Positions 1 to 13,100 of a DNA stretch of 64,000 nucleotides are shown here, piece by piece. The notes below the pieces were generated by a model that ran no database searches, was not told where the DNA came from, and worked only from the letters and a program-made list of their open reading frames with translations. Each line of letters begins with the position of its first letter. The first letter of the stretch is position 1. The translations under genes and the position numbers were made by a program. This DNA is from the human T2T-CHM13v2.0 reference genome, Homo sapiens, in NCBI RefSeq assembly GCF_009914755.1, contig NC_060927.1; one strand, given 5' to 3'.

Positions 1-45
1 GGCCTCAACATAGGAATTGGAGGGGGACACAGCTCAGCACATCAC
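1..45. mobile_element. End of a MaLR (MLT1-type) LTR
   Basis: tcaacataggaattggagggggacacagctcagcacatcac resembles the MLT1 terminal motif (ttcaacatatgaattttgggggacacaattcagccc); truncated by the window edge. Confidence 0.45.
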
Positions 46-264
46 CTCCCCTATCACCTCCCTTATGTACATCTTAGCTCTCATAGCCGTCACTGTCTAA
101 TTTTTCTTCCCTTAAATCTGGCTTCATTCCAAATTTCCCCTCCCCTGACTCGTTTTAATCTTTAACAGTTTTGTGAGGTACAACCCACCCTTTGTAAAGA
201 GGAGAAAACAACAGATCTAGAAAGCTGAGCACTTGCTGGGAGGTTCATTTTTCCTAAGAGTAGC

Positions 265-385
265 TGTATGTTGGAATCACCTGAGGGCCTGTGTCCCACC
301 TGATTTACTGAACTTGACAGTGCCGGAGTGTGGCTCAGGTATGCTTTTAAAACCCCTCCAGGTGATTCTAATGTGTAGCTGGCGT
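265..385. mobile_element. MER5-type hAT DNA transposon remnant
   Basis: Inverted motifs ttggaatcacctg ... caggtgattctaatgtg typical of MER5. Confidence 0.55.
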
Positions 386-500
386 TGAACTGGTATAAAA
401 ATATTTCCCTAAATATTTTATGAACCACAAATGTGTAAGGTCCACAGCTGGTTGCTAAGAGACAGGAAAAAGTTTGGCCTTAAAAAAAATTAAAGATCTC

Positions 501-799
501 GGCCGGGCGTGGTGGCTTACGCCTGTAATCCCAGCACTTTGGGAGGCCTAGGCGGGAGATCACGAGGTCAGGAGATCGAGACCATCCTGGCTAACACGGT
601 GAAACCCCGTGTCTACTAAAAATACAAAAAATTAGCCAGGCATGGTGGCGGGCGCCAGTAGTCCCAGCTACTCGGGAGGCTGAGGCAGGAGAATGGTGTG
701 AACCTGGAGGCGGAGCTTGCAGTGAGCAGACATAGTGCCACTCCAGCCTGGGCAACAGAGTGAGACTTCCATCTCAAAAAAAAAAAAAAAAAAAAAAAA
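501..799 (+). mobile_element. AluY
   Basis: Full dimer with gagatcgagaccatcctggctaacacgg, poly-A tail, TSD aaagatctc (492-500 / 797-805). Confidence 0.95.
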
Positions 800-2767
800 G
801 ATCTCAAATGTATGCTCTAGCCTTCCCCACCACCACCGCCACTGAGTTGCAACACTGCACAGATTTTGTTTGACCCACTTTTCCTACATACTTCCAACCA
901 ATATTTGTAAATGGGAAGATAGCACACAAAATCCAACTCTAGTTTGTCTTTTAAAAATTGGAAGAAAGTGCAACACTTGGATCACACTCCCGAATTTCTC
1001 ATAGTGACCACTAATTGAGGACCCACCTTATTTAAACTTGCTTGCCTGGCTCCCATGCTAAGAAACTAATTTATGTCTGAGGGTGGCCCGGCAGCTTCTG
1101 AGTGGAATGCGTGTGCTCCAAGAGACCAGGCTTTGGGGTGTGGTGTGCTGAGTGCTGCTGCTCTGCCAAGTGAGCTCGGCCCGGTCCACGGTGACTACCA
1201 AGTTTCCATGTCCTGAGTTTCCTGGCCAGGTAGAAGATACTGGAAGTCTGGAGGGGAACCCAAAACTGCCAGCATGGCACATCCTGTCCCAACCTCTTTC
1301 CTTTGAGGAAAGGAACCATGTGCCTTCACAATGCCCTTCCTCACAGTACCCCTTTCCTTTGCCAGAAGTCCTTCCTCCATTCACACTGCAGGGCTAAAGA
1401 TACCCCTTTTTGCTCATTTTTGTTGTAGTTTCATGGAAGGGAGCCAGAACTGGAATTTTGTTAGCTTTTTGGGGTCTAATCATAGTCCGTGGGTGTATTA
1501 TTACTCCCTACTTTATGCCAGGAAAGAGAAAGGGTAAAGGCTATATAGAAAATCCCTAGCTTAGAGAAGGAAAAGGCCACTCTGGATGGCCCATCGAACA
1601 GAGGTGGTGAATTCAGTAGTTGGGTTTCCATTGGTATCTGTTGCTTCTGCTTTCAGAAGCAAGCTTGGCTTGCAGTTTGTAAAAGTACCCTGGGTCCCTA
1701 GTCATCTCTGCACTCATAGGAATGCCTGCTGGGGTACTGTTGTGGAAGGACAGGGAAACTTCTTGCCAAATTTCATTCCTTGCCATAGAACAGGATCCTC
1801 CAACTCTAGACGTTAACTTAGGTTGTCTTGGAGAGATCATCAAGATTTTGTTAAGTCACTTGATTCTCTAGCTGCACTCCTGGGTAAAAGGAAACTACCC
1901 TCACATCTATGATCAGTTGATTTTTGACAAGGGTGCCAAGACCATTCAATGGGGAAAAGACAGTTTTTTCATCAAATTGTGCTGGGATATGGATACCCAT
2001 ACCCATCTGCAAAGAATGAAGTTGGAGTCTTAACCTTGCACCATATACACAAACTAACTTGAACTGGATCAAAGACCTAAGTGTCAGAGCTAAAACTGTA
2101 AAACTCTTTGAATAGGGGGAAAGCTTCATGACATTGGATTTGGCAGTGATTTATTTGATACGACTCTAAAAACACAGGCGACAAAAGAAAACAGATTGGA
2201 CATCATGAAAATTAAAATTTTTTGTGCATCAAAGGACACTACAAAGAGAGTAAAAACTCACCATATATCTCATAAGGGATTAATATCCAGAATATAGAAA
2301 GAAGTCCTATAACTCAATTTTAAAAAGTGATTCAAAAATGAGTGAAGGACTTAAATATATATTTCTCCAAAGAAAATACAATGATCACTGTCAGTCCACC
2401 AGAAAATGCGAATCAAAACCACACTGAGCTACTTAACACACAAAACAGCAAGTGTTAGTGAAGATGTGGAGAAATCAGAACCCTCGTGTTTTACTGGTGG
2501 GAATGTAAAACAGTGCAGCCACTTTGGACAATAGCCTGGTGATTCCTCAAAAAGATAAACATGGAATTACCCTGGGATCAGCAACTCCCCTCTTGAGATG
2601 TGTACCCAAGAGAAATGAAAGCTGGGATTCAGAGATACTTGCACACCCATGTTCGTGGTAACATTATTTACATTAGCCAAAAAGTGGAAACAAGTGTTCA
2701 TCAACAGAGGAATGGATAAACACAATGTGATATGTATGTAGAATGGAATATTATTCATAAGGAGTAA

Positions 2768-3398
<631 letters not shown>

Positions 3399-5552
3399 CA
3401 TTATTCTAAGTGAAATAAGCCTGAAACAGAAGGACAAATATTGTTATCATTCCACTTTTAGGAAGTACCTAGAATAGGAAAATTCATAAGAGACAAAAAG
3501 TAGAACAGAGTGCGGGGAGGGGAATGGAGAATTACTCTTTAAAGGGTACACAATGTCTGTTGGGGATGATGGAAGTTTTGGAAGTAAACAGTGGTGATGT
3601 TTGCACAACATTGTGAATGTATTTAATGATGCTGGAATTGACACAAGATGGTAAATTTTATGCAAGTTTTATACTTTTTTAATTGAAAAAAAGGAAACTG
3701 CTGAGTGAAAAAAAGTCAAAGATCAATGAGTGCCTAAAGCCCATGAACTTGAAAATGAGGCTTCGCCTCACAAAAACGCCAGCTGCCTCTGCATCTGCCC
3801 CCTTCCCATGTGTCTCTGAGCCCCAAGCTGGTGGCCCTTTTGTTGTCAGCCCTCCCAGCAGCCATGCTGGCCTTGAGGCCTCACCCAGCACAGGAGACAG
3901 AGGGAGCACAGGAGACCAGGGCTCCCCCGGGCTGAGAGCTCCTGAGTCCTGGCGCTGAGCCTCCTGCTGCACACACATTTCTGGAACTCTGGGCTCTGAA
4001 TCAGGGTGGGGGCCAGAAATTTTTACTCAGTTTCAGGGGACACATGAGTTAGGACTCGTTTCTTGGGCCTTAAGGCTGTGCAGGTATCCCCCGGCAACTC
4101 TAGCCAGCTTTGCTGCTGAAGGAGGCTGTAGGTAGAGAGTCCAGAGAAGACCCTTCCCAGTGGAGCAGGGACCTGGAAACTCAGTGGCCTTCCTTTCCTC
4201 CCAGCCTTAGTCACTCACACCCATTGAGGCCAGTGTGCAGACTGGGATGCTGGGAAGCTTGCCCCAGGCACCTTTGACCCTGCAAGTCCCTGGAGCTCTG
4301 CCTCAGGCAGGGTTGCAGGCCCCTGAGCTGCCCACACAATGTCTCTAGGAGTACCAAGGCAGGAAACTCACTGGAGAGCTGGAGCTTTAAGAAAACTTCA
4401 TGCTTTTTTTTTTTTCTTTTTTTCTCCACCTTCAGTGCCATGGATTTCCTTGGTCTGGGTGTGTTGAAGCCTCACCCAATGATCGGAGTGTGTGGCCAGG
4501 GTGGAGAAGCATACAGCGCTGGATGCTCTCAGCAGAGGCCTTTGGCCCAGAGCTTCTGTAGAAGCAGGCAGGGAGCCTGCACTTCCCGCCTTCCACCACC
4601 CATGGCTCTGGACAATGACACACTGGGCAAGACATACATATATCAGTGGGCACAGAAGATCTCTTTCTGTTTCTGCTCAGGGTGTTTCTGTGTAGGAAAA
4701 GAAATCCCATCTTTCTTCATTGAAGCCCAAAACCAGCAGAACTGCTCTTCCACCTGGCCCTTCTAGTATGTGAACTTGGTTCCTGTAGGAAGCTGTGGCT
4801 CTACTGTCCCCTCCAGAGGCCACACCAAGGTCTGGAGGAGGCAGGGGCTCCCTGGAATGATGGGACCCCTGAGCCACTGTGTCTACATGGGGTGCTGGGT
4901 TATGGACAGAGGCAGGTTGCTAATTTGCACATAGACCAACCAGAGAAGGCCTGAGAAGGGGTTGCAGCTGTTCTGGGCTGTGTTTGGAAACCTACGGCTG
5001 AGTGTGGCAGTTGCCAGGAACGGGCCCTGCAAGCCAGGCTGTGACCCTGCTGCTCCATTCTCCTGCTCTCTGGGTTCCTTGGTGCTAGGAGGAGCCTTCT
5101 GGATGCCTTCCAGGCTTGGGACAGAAAGTCAAGGGAAGAAGAATGTACCCTGGTAGCCAGCCTGGCAGTGGCGAGTGGCTCCAGTGGGGAGAGGCCCAGG
5201 GACTGGGGCTGGATTCCAGGATCCATTCGGCAAAGGATTTCTGGCCAGCCGCTACCCTCAGAGAGCAGTTATGAAGGAAAACCAGGTCCTGAAGCTGATG
5301 CCTGCCCCACAGGAGCGCACAGACTCAGAGCCAGACAGCCCTGTCAATGGGGAGGGACCTCTGTGGCACTCAGGGCTGCAGCCACAGACAGAGACCGTGT
5401 CCATGGGGCGTGCAGTGGAGGCTTGCCGCAGTCACAGGCAGCACAAGCTGGAAACTGCACCAGTTACAGGCCTGCAGGCCAGCCCTGAGCTGCCGGTGGG
5501 TTTTAAGTCCTGCAGTTTTTCTTTAATCTGAAGTTTTATGGCTCCAATGTTC

Positions 5553-5555
<3 letters not shown>

Positions 5556-5607
<52 letters not shown>
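5556..5607. repeat. (AC)26 microsatellite
   Basis: Uninterrupted AC dinucleotide run. Confidence 0.98.
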
Positions 5608-5610
<3 letters not shown>

Positions 5611-5827
5611 ATGACGCATAAAAAATGCTGATGCCCACATCTCTTCAAACCGTCTTGCAGCCCCAGGCCCCCATTCTCCTTGCTGCAGCAACTGGAGCCG
5701 CTGGTGCTCCCAGGCAGGGCCACCGCACCTCCAGCACCGGCTCCTCACCTCCTGCCTCTCAGGCAGATTTAGATCATCTCCCTGGCCAGGTAGGCCTGCA
5801 AGCCTGTGGCCCCTGGGAGAGAGAGAA

Positions 5828-6388
5828 TGTATTAGTCAGGGTTCTCTAGAGGGACATAACTAATAGGATATATGTATATATGAAAGGGAGTTTATTAAAG
5901 AGAATTGACTCACACAATCACAAAGCAAAGTCCCACAATAGGCCATCTGCAAGCTGAGGAAGAAAGAAGCCAATAGTAGATCAGTCCAAGTCCAAAAGCC
6001 TCAAAAGCAGGGAAGCTGACAGTGCGGACTTCAGTCTGTGGCCAAAGGCCCGAGAGCCCCTGGCAAACCACTCGTGTAACTCCAAGAGTCCAAAGGCCAA
6101 AGAACCTGGAGTCTGATGTCCAAGGGCAGGAAGCATCCAGAACAGAAGAAAGATGAAAGCCAGAAGACTCAGCAAGCCAACTTATCCCACCTTCTGCCTG
6201 TTTTGTTCTAGCCACACTGGCAGCTGTTAGATGGTGTCCACCCACATTGAGGGTGGGTCTGCCACTCACAGTCCACGGACTCAAATTTTAATCTCCTCTG
6301 GCAACACCCTCACAGACACACCCAGGAACAAGTTTACCAGCTATCTAGGCATCCTTCAATCTGATCAGGTTGATATATTAACATCACA
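5828..6388 (-). mobile_element. MLT2 LTR (3' LTR of HERV-L)
   Basis: tgtattagtcagggttctctagaggg ... aacatcaca is the reverse complement of MLT2 termini; abuts HERV-L internal sequence. Confidence 0.9.
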
Positions 6389-9300
6389 AGTCCTTGTCAA
6401 CTTGAACCCCTTGTCAACTTGAACCCATACACATCTCCTGAAATCATATTTAATCTCCAAATAAAGGAAATAATAAGGTCATAATTACACCTAACGTAAT
6501 ACAGCTATCCTTCATACAACCAGAAGCACACTAATCCTTAACCTAAATGCTATTACATAAAGTTAACAACATTTAAATGCTGATATAAAATCAATAAATC
6601 TTATGTCACATGATAATGGAAAAAGAAAGGAAATTAATGAAGATGTTTTCTTAGTACAAGTGTATACATGCACAAACATTTTTAACAAAATAAGGAGGAA
6701 ATAGTCGTGACAATTACAATCCTTGTTTCTGCAATTGGTCACGTGGCTGTAGCTGGTATTAATAACTATCTTCTGCTACCTATTTTGTATTCCCTTTGCC
6801 TTCAGCAAGCACCTCAGCTGGTTGTAGTTTTTTACCTGGTGGAGTGACCCAAACCTTCATTCCTGAAGGGTCTGGACCATTTGCAGTCCTGCCTGGATTG
6901 GGCTATTGTAGTTTCCCATTGACCTTAATCACAGGGCATGGTAATACTAAGAGATGCCCTAAGGGATCCTATATTCCATGCATACTCTTCTTTATTACCT
7001 TCATTGTGGAGTAGTAGTCTGATTTCATCTTGATAGTCCAGGTCAATCACCCCAGCCAACACTGTAACTCCCTTCTTAGCCTGTGGACTTAGAGGCAAGA
7101 GGAGCCCAAAGTGGTCAGTTGGCAGTCTTCCACTTTAACAGAATTATTATTTTGTCTCCTGGTGCCAACATTCCTCCCTCTAGAACTGAGACCTCTAGGC
7201 CAGCAGAACATAATGTTGCAGGAACAGGAAGCAAAACTTTGCTAGTGGGTCACTAGGGGTGATGGTGAATGGTGCCACATCCACTTCCACCCCTTGATTC
7301 CTGGATCTGTGAATGCTGGCTATGGGAGAAACAGTACCATAAGTTGGATGCTGATTCAGAGCATACACGGCCTTCTGGAGAGCTTTGCCCCAGTCCTGCA
7401 AAGTATTGTCACCTAGTTGGCATTGTAATTGTGACTTCAAAAGGCCATTCCACTGTTCTATCAATCCAGCTGCTTAAGGATGATGGGAAACATGGTAAAA
7501 CCAGTTAACTCCATGAGCATGTGCCCACTGCTGCACTTCTTTAGCCCGTAAAGTGAGTGCCTTGGTCGGAGGCAATGCTGTGTGGAATACCATGATGGTG
7601 GATAAGGCATTCCGTTGAGTCCGAGGATGGTAGTCTTGGTAGAAGCGTTGCGTGCAGGATAGGCAAACCCACGTCCAGAGTAAGTGTCTATTCCAGTGAA
7701 GACAATCCTCTGCCTTTTCCATGATGGAAGAGGTCCAATGTAATCAACCTGCCACCAAGAAACTGGCTGATCACCCTGAGGAATGGTGTCATATCGAGGG
7801 CTCAGTGATGGTCTCTGCTGCTTGCAAATTGGGCACTAAGCAGTGGCCATAGCCAAGTCAGCCTTGGTGAGTGGAAGTCCATGTTGCTGAGCCCATGTGT
7901 AACCTCCATCCCTGCCACCATGGCCACTTTGTTTATGAGCCCATTGGGCGATGACAGGGGTGGCTGGAGAAAGAGGCTGAGTGGTGTCTATAGAATGAGT
8001 CTTGATTGATAAATATCCACGATAAAAATCCTCCTTTGCTGAGGTCACTCTTTGGTGAGCACTCACATGGGACACAAATATCTTCATGGTTTTTGACCAC
8101 ATATTGTGGTCAGAGAAATCCATCCACATACCTCTTTCCCCAGTTCACCAATTTTCCAATCATGCTTCTTCCAAGTCCCTGTCCATCCAGTCAAACCATT
8201 GGCTACAGCCCATGAGTCAGTATATAATTGCGCATCTGGCCATTTCTCCTTCCTTGCAAAGTGCAGAGCCAGGTGCACTGCTCGAAGTTCTGCCCGCTGG
8301 GAAGATTTCCCTTTCACCACTGTCCTTCAGGGATACCCTAGAAAGGGGCTGCAGCTGTCCACTTATGGGTGGTACCTGCATATTGTGCAGAGCCATCTGT
8401 AAACTAGGCCCTTGTCTTCTCTTCCTTTGTCAACTGATCATAGGGCCATGAGGCCACTGGTGCAGGCTGGGAGAGAGAAGGCAGGGTGGCAGGAGTGGGG
8501 ACCATGGGCATTTGAGTCACTTCCTCATGTAACTTACTTGTGCCTTCAGAACCTGCTCGAGCCGGATCACATACGTACCGCTTCATTTGATGATGGAATG
8601 CTGCTGTGCACACCCCTCCCACTTTATGGGTAGATGGGTCAGCAAACACCCAGTTCATGATATGCAGTTCATGTCACATGGTGACTTGGTGACCCATAGT
8701 CAAATGTTCAGTTTCTAACAGGCCAAGAGCTGTCTCTCGAAAGGAGACTAGTTATCTTCAGAAGATGGCAGAGCCTTGCTCCAAAATCCCAGAGGCCTCT
8801 GCTATGATTCACCTGTCAGGGCCTGCCAAAGGTTCCAAACATCATCGCTATCTACCACTGACACCTCAAGCACCATTGGATCTGCTGTGTCATATGGCCC
8901 AAGTGGCAGAGCAGCTTGCACAGCAGCCTGGACCTCTTGCAGAGTCTTCTTCTGTTCTGGACCCACTCAAAACTGGCAGCCTTTCGGGTCACTTGACAAG
9001 TGGGCCGGAGTAACACACCTGAATGAGGAATGTGTTGCCTCCAAAGTCCAAATAGGCCCACTAGACATTTTGCCTCTTTCTTGGTTGTAGGAGGGGCCAA
9101 ATGCAACAACTTATCCTTCACCTTAAAAGGAATATATTGACAGGCCCCAACCCACTGGACCCCTAGATATTTTACTGCGGTAGTAGGTCCCTGTGTTACC
9201 GGAAGGTGCCATGCAGGTCTAGGCTTTTGGTGTCTTGAACAAAGAATTGGATGAGACACACACAGATAGCAAAGCAAGGCAGCAGAAGTGGATTAGGCAC

Positions 9301-9585
9301 AGTGCTCCACTCTCAGAGGGGGAGCGCAGACCAACCTCTGCGAGGTGAGATCAGATCCAGCGTGGTGTAGTTTGGATCTTTTTATGGGTTTTTTCCTTCT
9401 CTTCCCAAGGCTCCCTAATCTCTAGCCAGTGTCTGCCTTTTTGATTGATAGGTGGGTTGCTTAGTTACTTTGGCCCCTCTGCGCTTGTGCACCGCGTCCG
9501 ATATGCAGTCCATATGCATTGTTGGGAAAAAGACTTATGGGGTGCCTGCATAAACTGGCCATAAAAATATGGGACAATAAGTTGA

Positions 9586-9947
<362 letters not shown>

Positions 9948-10141
9948 AAGAGACCCGCTCTCTTATCTGTAAACACTGTGTTCAAGGAGAAAGACACTCT
10001 TTTGAAACACTGGAATGTGGACAGACATGCAGGCTCTTAGTTAAGCCCGCTTCCACTAGCTACTCTCCGATAAATTAAAGATATGCTGTTTGAGCACAAA
10101 GGAGATTCATTTAAACCACTATTGCTATAGATTACGCCTAT

Positions 10142-13100
10142 TTTCATGCGTGTCCGTGTGAAGAGACCACCAAACAGGCTTTGTGTGAGCAACATGGCTA
10201 TTTATTTCACCTGGGTGCAGGCGGGCTGAGTCCGAAAAGAGAGTCAGCGAAGGGAGATGGATTATCATTAGTTCTTATAGGTTTTGGGATAGTTAAGAGC
10301 AATGTTTTGTGGGCAGGGGGTGGATCTCACAAAGTACATTCTCAAGGGTGGGGAGAATTACAAAGAACCTTCTTAAGGGTGGGGGAGATTACAAAGTACA
10401 TTGATCAGTCAGGGTGGGGCAGGAACAAATCACAATGGTGGAATGTCATCAGGTAAGGCTATTTTCACTTCTTTTGTGGCTGCTTCAAGCGGGATTAGGG
10501 GCGGCGTGGGAACCTAGAGTGGAAGAGATTAAGCTGAAGGAAGATTTTGTGGTAAGGGGTGATATTGTGGGGTTGTTACAAGAAACATTTGTCATGTAGA
10601 ATTATTGGTGATGGCCTGGATATGGTTTTGTATGAATTGAAAAACTAAATGGAATAAGAGAAGGAGAAAAACACGTATAAAAGGTCTAGGAATTGGGAGG
10701 ACCTAGGACATCTGATTAGAGAGTGCCTAAGGAGATTCAGCATAGTCCTGCCAGCAAAGATTATTTATTTACTTTGAGTTAAGAGTGGCAGTTTGGGGAT
10801 AGCACGAGGAGATATCAGCTGTGATGGCTTGGAGAAACAGTGTAAACCGGCAGTGTAAACAAGAGCAGGGCATGTATGAGTAGTTGAGAACGGTGAATAG
10901 GAGTATGACTAGACAGAAAATAGTAAGGATGACAAGTTTTTTTGGGGCACAGTCTAAGTTAGTCTGGTGTCTGGAGTGAGACTGGGGCCTAATAAAAAGG
11001 AGCTCAAATGGGCTGTACCCTGTAGCATTCTGAGGACAGGTCTGACTTCTGAGAAGGGAAAGTGGTAAAAGTATTGTCCAGTCCTTTTTAAGTTGGTGGC
11101 TGAGCTTGGTGAGCTGTGTTTTTAAAGGACCTTTAGTCCGTTCTACTTTTCTTGAAGACGGAGGACCATAAGGGATATAAAGGTTTCACTGAATACTAAG
11201 AGCCTGAAAAACTGCTTGGCTGATTTGACTAATAAAGGCTGGTCTATTATCAGACTGTATAGAGGTGGGAAGGCTAAACTGAGGAATTATGTCTGACAGA
11301 AGGGAAGAAATGACTGCGTGGCCTTCTCAGACCCTGTAGGAAAGGCCTCTACTTATCTAGTGAAAGTGTCTACTTAGACTAAGAGGTATTTTTGTTATCT
11401 GTCTCGGGGCATGTTGAGTAAAGCTAATTTGCCATTCCTGGGTGGGGGCAAATCTTCAAGCTTGATGTGTAGGGAAAGGAGGGGGCCTGAATAATCCCTG
11501 AGGAGTAGTAGAATAGCAGATGGAAAACTGAGAAGTTATTTCCTTGAGGATAGATTTCCACGATGGAAAGGAAATGAGAGGTTCTAAGAGGCGGGCTAGT
11601 GGCTTGTGCTATCGCATAGCCTGCCTTTGCTGGTGTGTGGTGATTAGGCCTGGTGGAACTGCCATCAATAAATCAAGCGTGATCAGGGTGAGGAAAAGGA
11701 AAGAAGGAAATATGGGGAAATGGGGTGAATGTCAGTTGGATCAGAGACATACAGTCATGGGGGTCAGGTGTGGTATCAGGAATAATGTGGGAGGCCAGAT
11801 TGAAGTCCGGGCCAGGAACAATGGTAATTGTGGGACTTAACAAAGAGTAAGTACAGCTGAAGGAGCCAGGGAGTATATGCGTCAGGTATGAGGAAGAAAA
11901 TAGATTTTGGAAGTTATGAGAAATGTAGAGAGTGAGTTGAGCATAGTTTGTGATTTTTAGGGCCTCTAAAAGTATTCAAGCAGCGGCAGCCGCTGCACGC
12001 AGACATGAGGGCTAGGCTAAAACAGTAAGGTCAAGTTGTTTGGACAGAAAGGCTACACGGTGTGGTCCTGGCTCTTGTGTAAGAATTCTGGCCGCACTAA
12101 CCATGCCCAGGAAGGAAAAGAGTTCTTGTTTTTTAGAAGGGATTGAGGTTTGGGAGATTAATCGGACATGATCAGCAGGGAGAGAATGTGTGTTTTTATG
12201 AGAATTATGCTGAGATAGGTAACAGATAAGGAAGAAATTTGGGCTTGACTGAAGTAATGGGGGCTGTCTGTGAAGCTTTGTGGCAGTACAGCCCAGGTAA
12301 TTTGCTGAGTCTGATGGGTGTCAGGGTCAGTCCAAGTAAAAGCAAAGAGAGGCTGGGATGACGGGTGCAAAGGAATAGTAAAGAAAGCATGTTTGAGATC
12401 CAGAACAGAATAATGGGTAGTAGAGGGAGGTATTGAGGATAGGAGAGTATATGGGTTTGGCACCATGGGGTGGATAGGCAAAACAATTTGGTTGATAAGG
12501 CATAGATCCTGAACTAACTTGTAAGGCTTGTCTGGTTTTAGGACAGGTAAAATGGGGGAATTGTAAGGAGAGTTTATAGGCTTTAAAAGGCCATGCTGTA
12601 GCAGGCAAGTGATAACAGGCTTTAATCCTTTCAAAGCATGCTGTGGGATGGGATATTGGCATTGAGCGGGGTAAGGATGATTAGGTTTTAATGAGATGGT
12701 AAGGGGTGCATGATAGGTCGCCAAGGAGGGAGTAGAGGTATCTTGTGGGTTAAGGTCGGGGGATACAAGAGGAGGACACAAAGGAGGCTTTGGATTGGAA
12801 AGAAGGGCAGCAATGAGATGTAACTGTAATCCAGGAATAGTCAGGGAAGCAGATAATTTAGTTAAAGTGTCTCGGCCTAATAAGGGAACGGGGCAGGTGG
12901 GGATAATTAAGAGGAGTGCTTAAAAGAGTATTGTCTAAGTTGACACCAGAGTTGGGGAGTTTTAAGAGGTTTAGAAGCCTGGCCGTCAATACCCACAACA
13001 GTTATGGAGGCAAGGGAAACAGGCCCTTGAAAAGAAGGTAATGTGGAGTGGGTAGCCTCCGTATTGATTAAGAAGAGGACGGACTTACCTTCCACTGTGA

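Noticed and set aside
6393-6426. 17-nt tandem duplication at the HERV-L PPT position
   Set aside because: Simple local slippage with no evident function
12158-12781. Active reverse transcriptase or domesticated retroviral gene
   Set aside because: The RT frame ends before the YxDD motif; pol and env of all proviruses are fragmented
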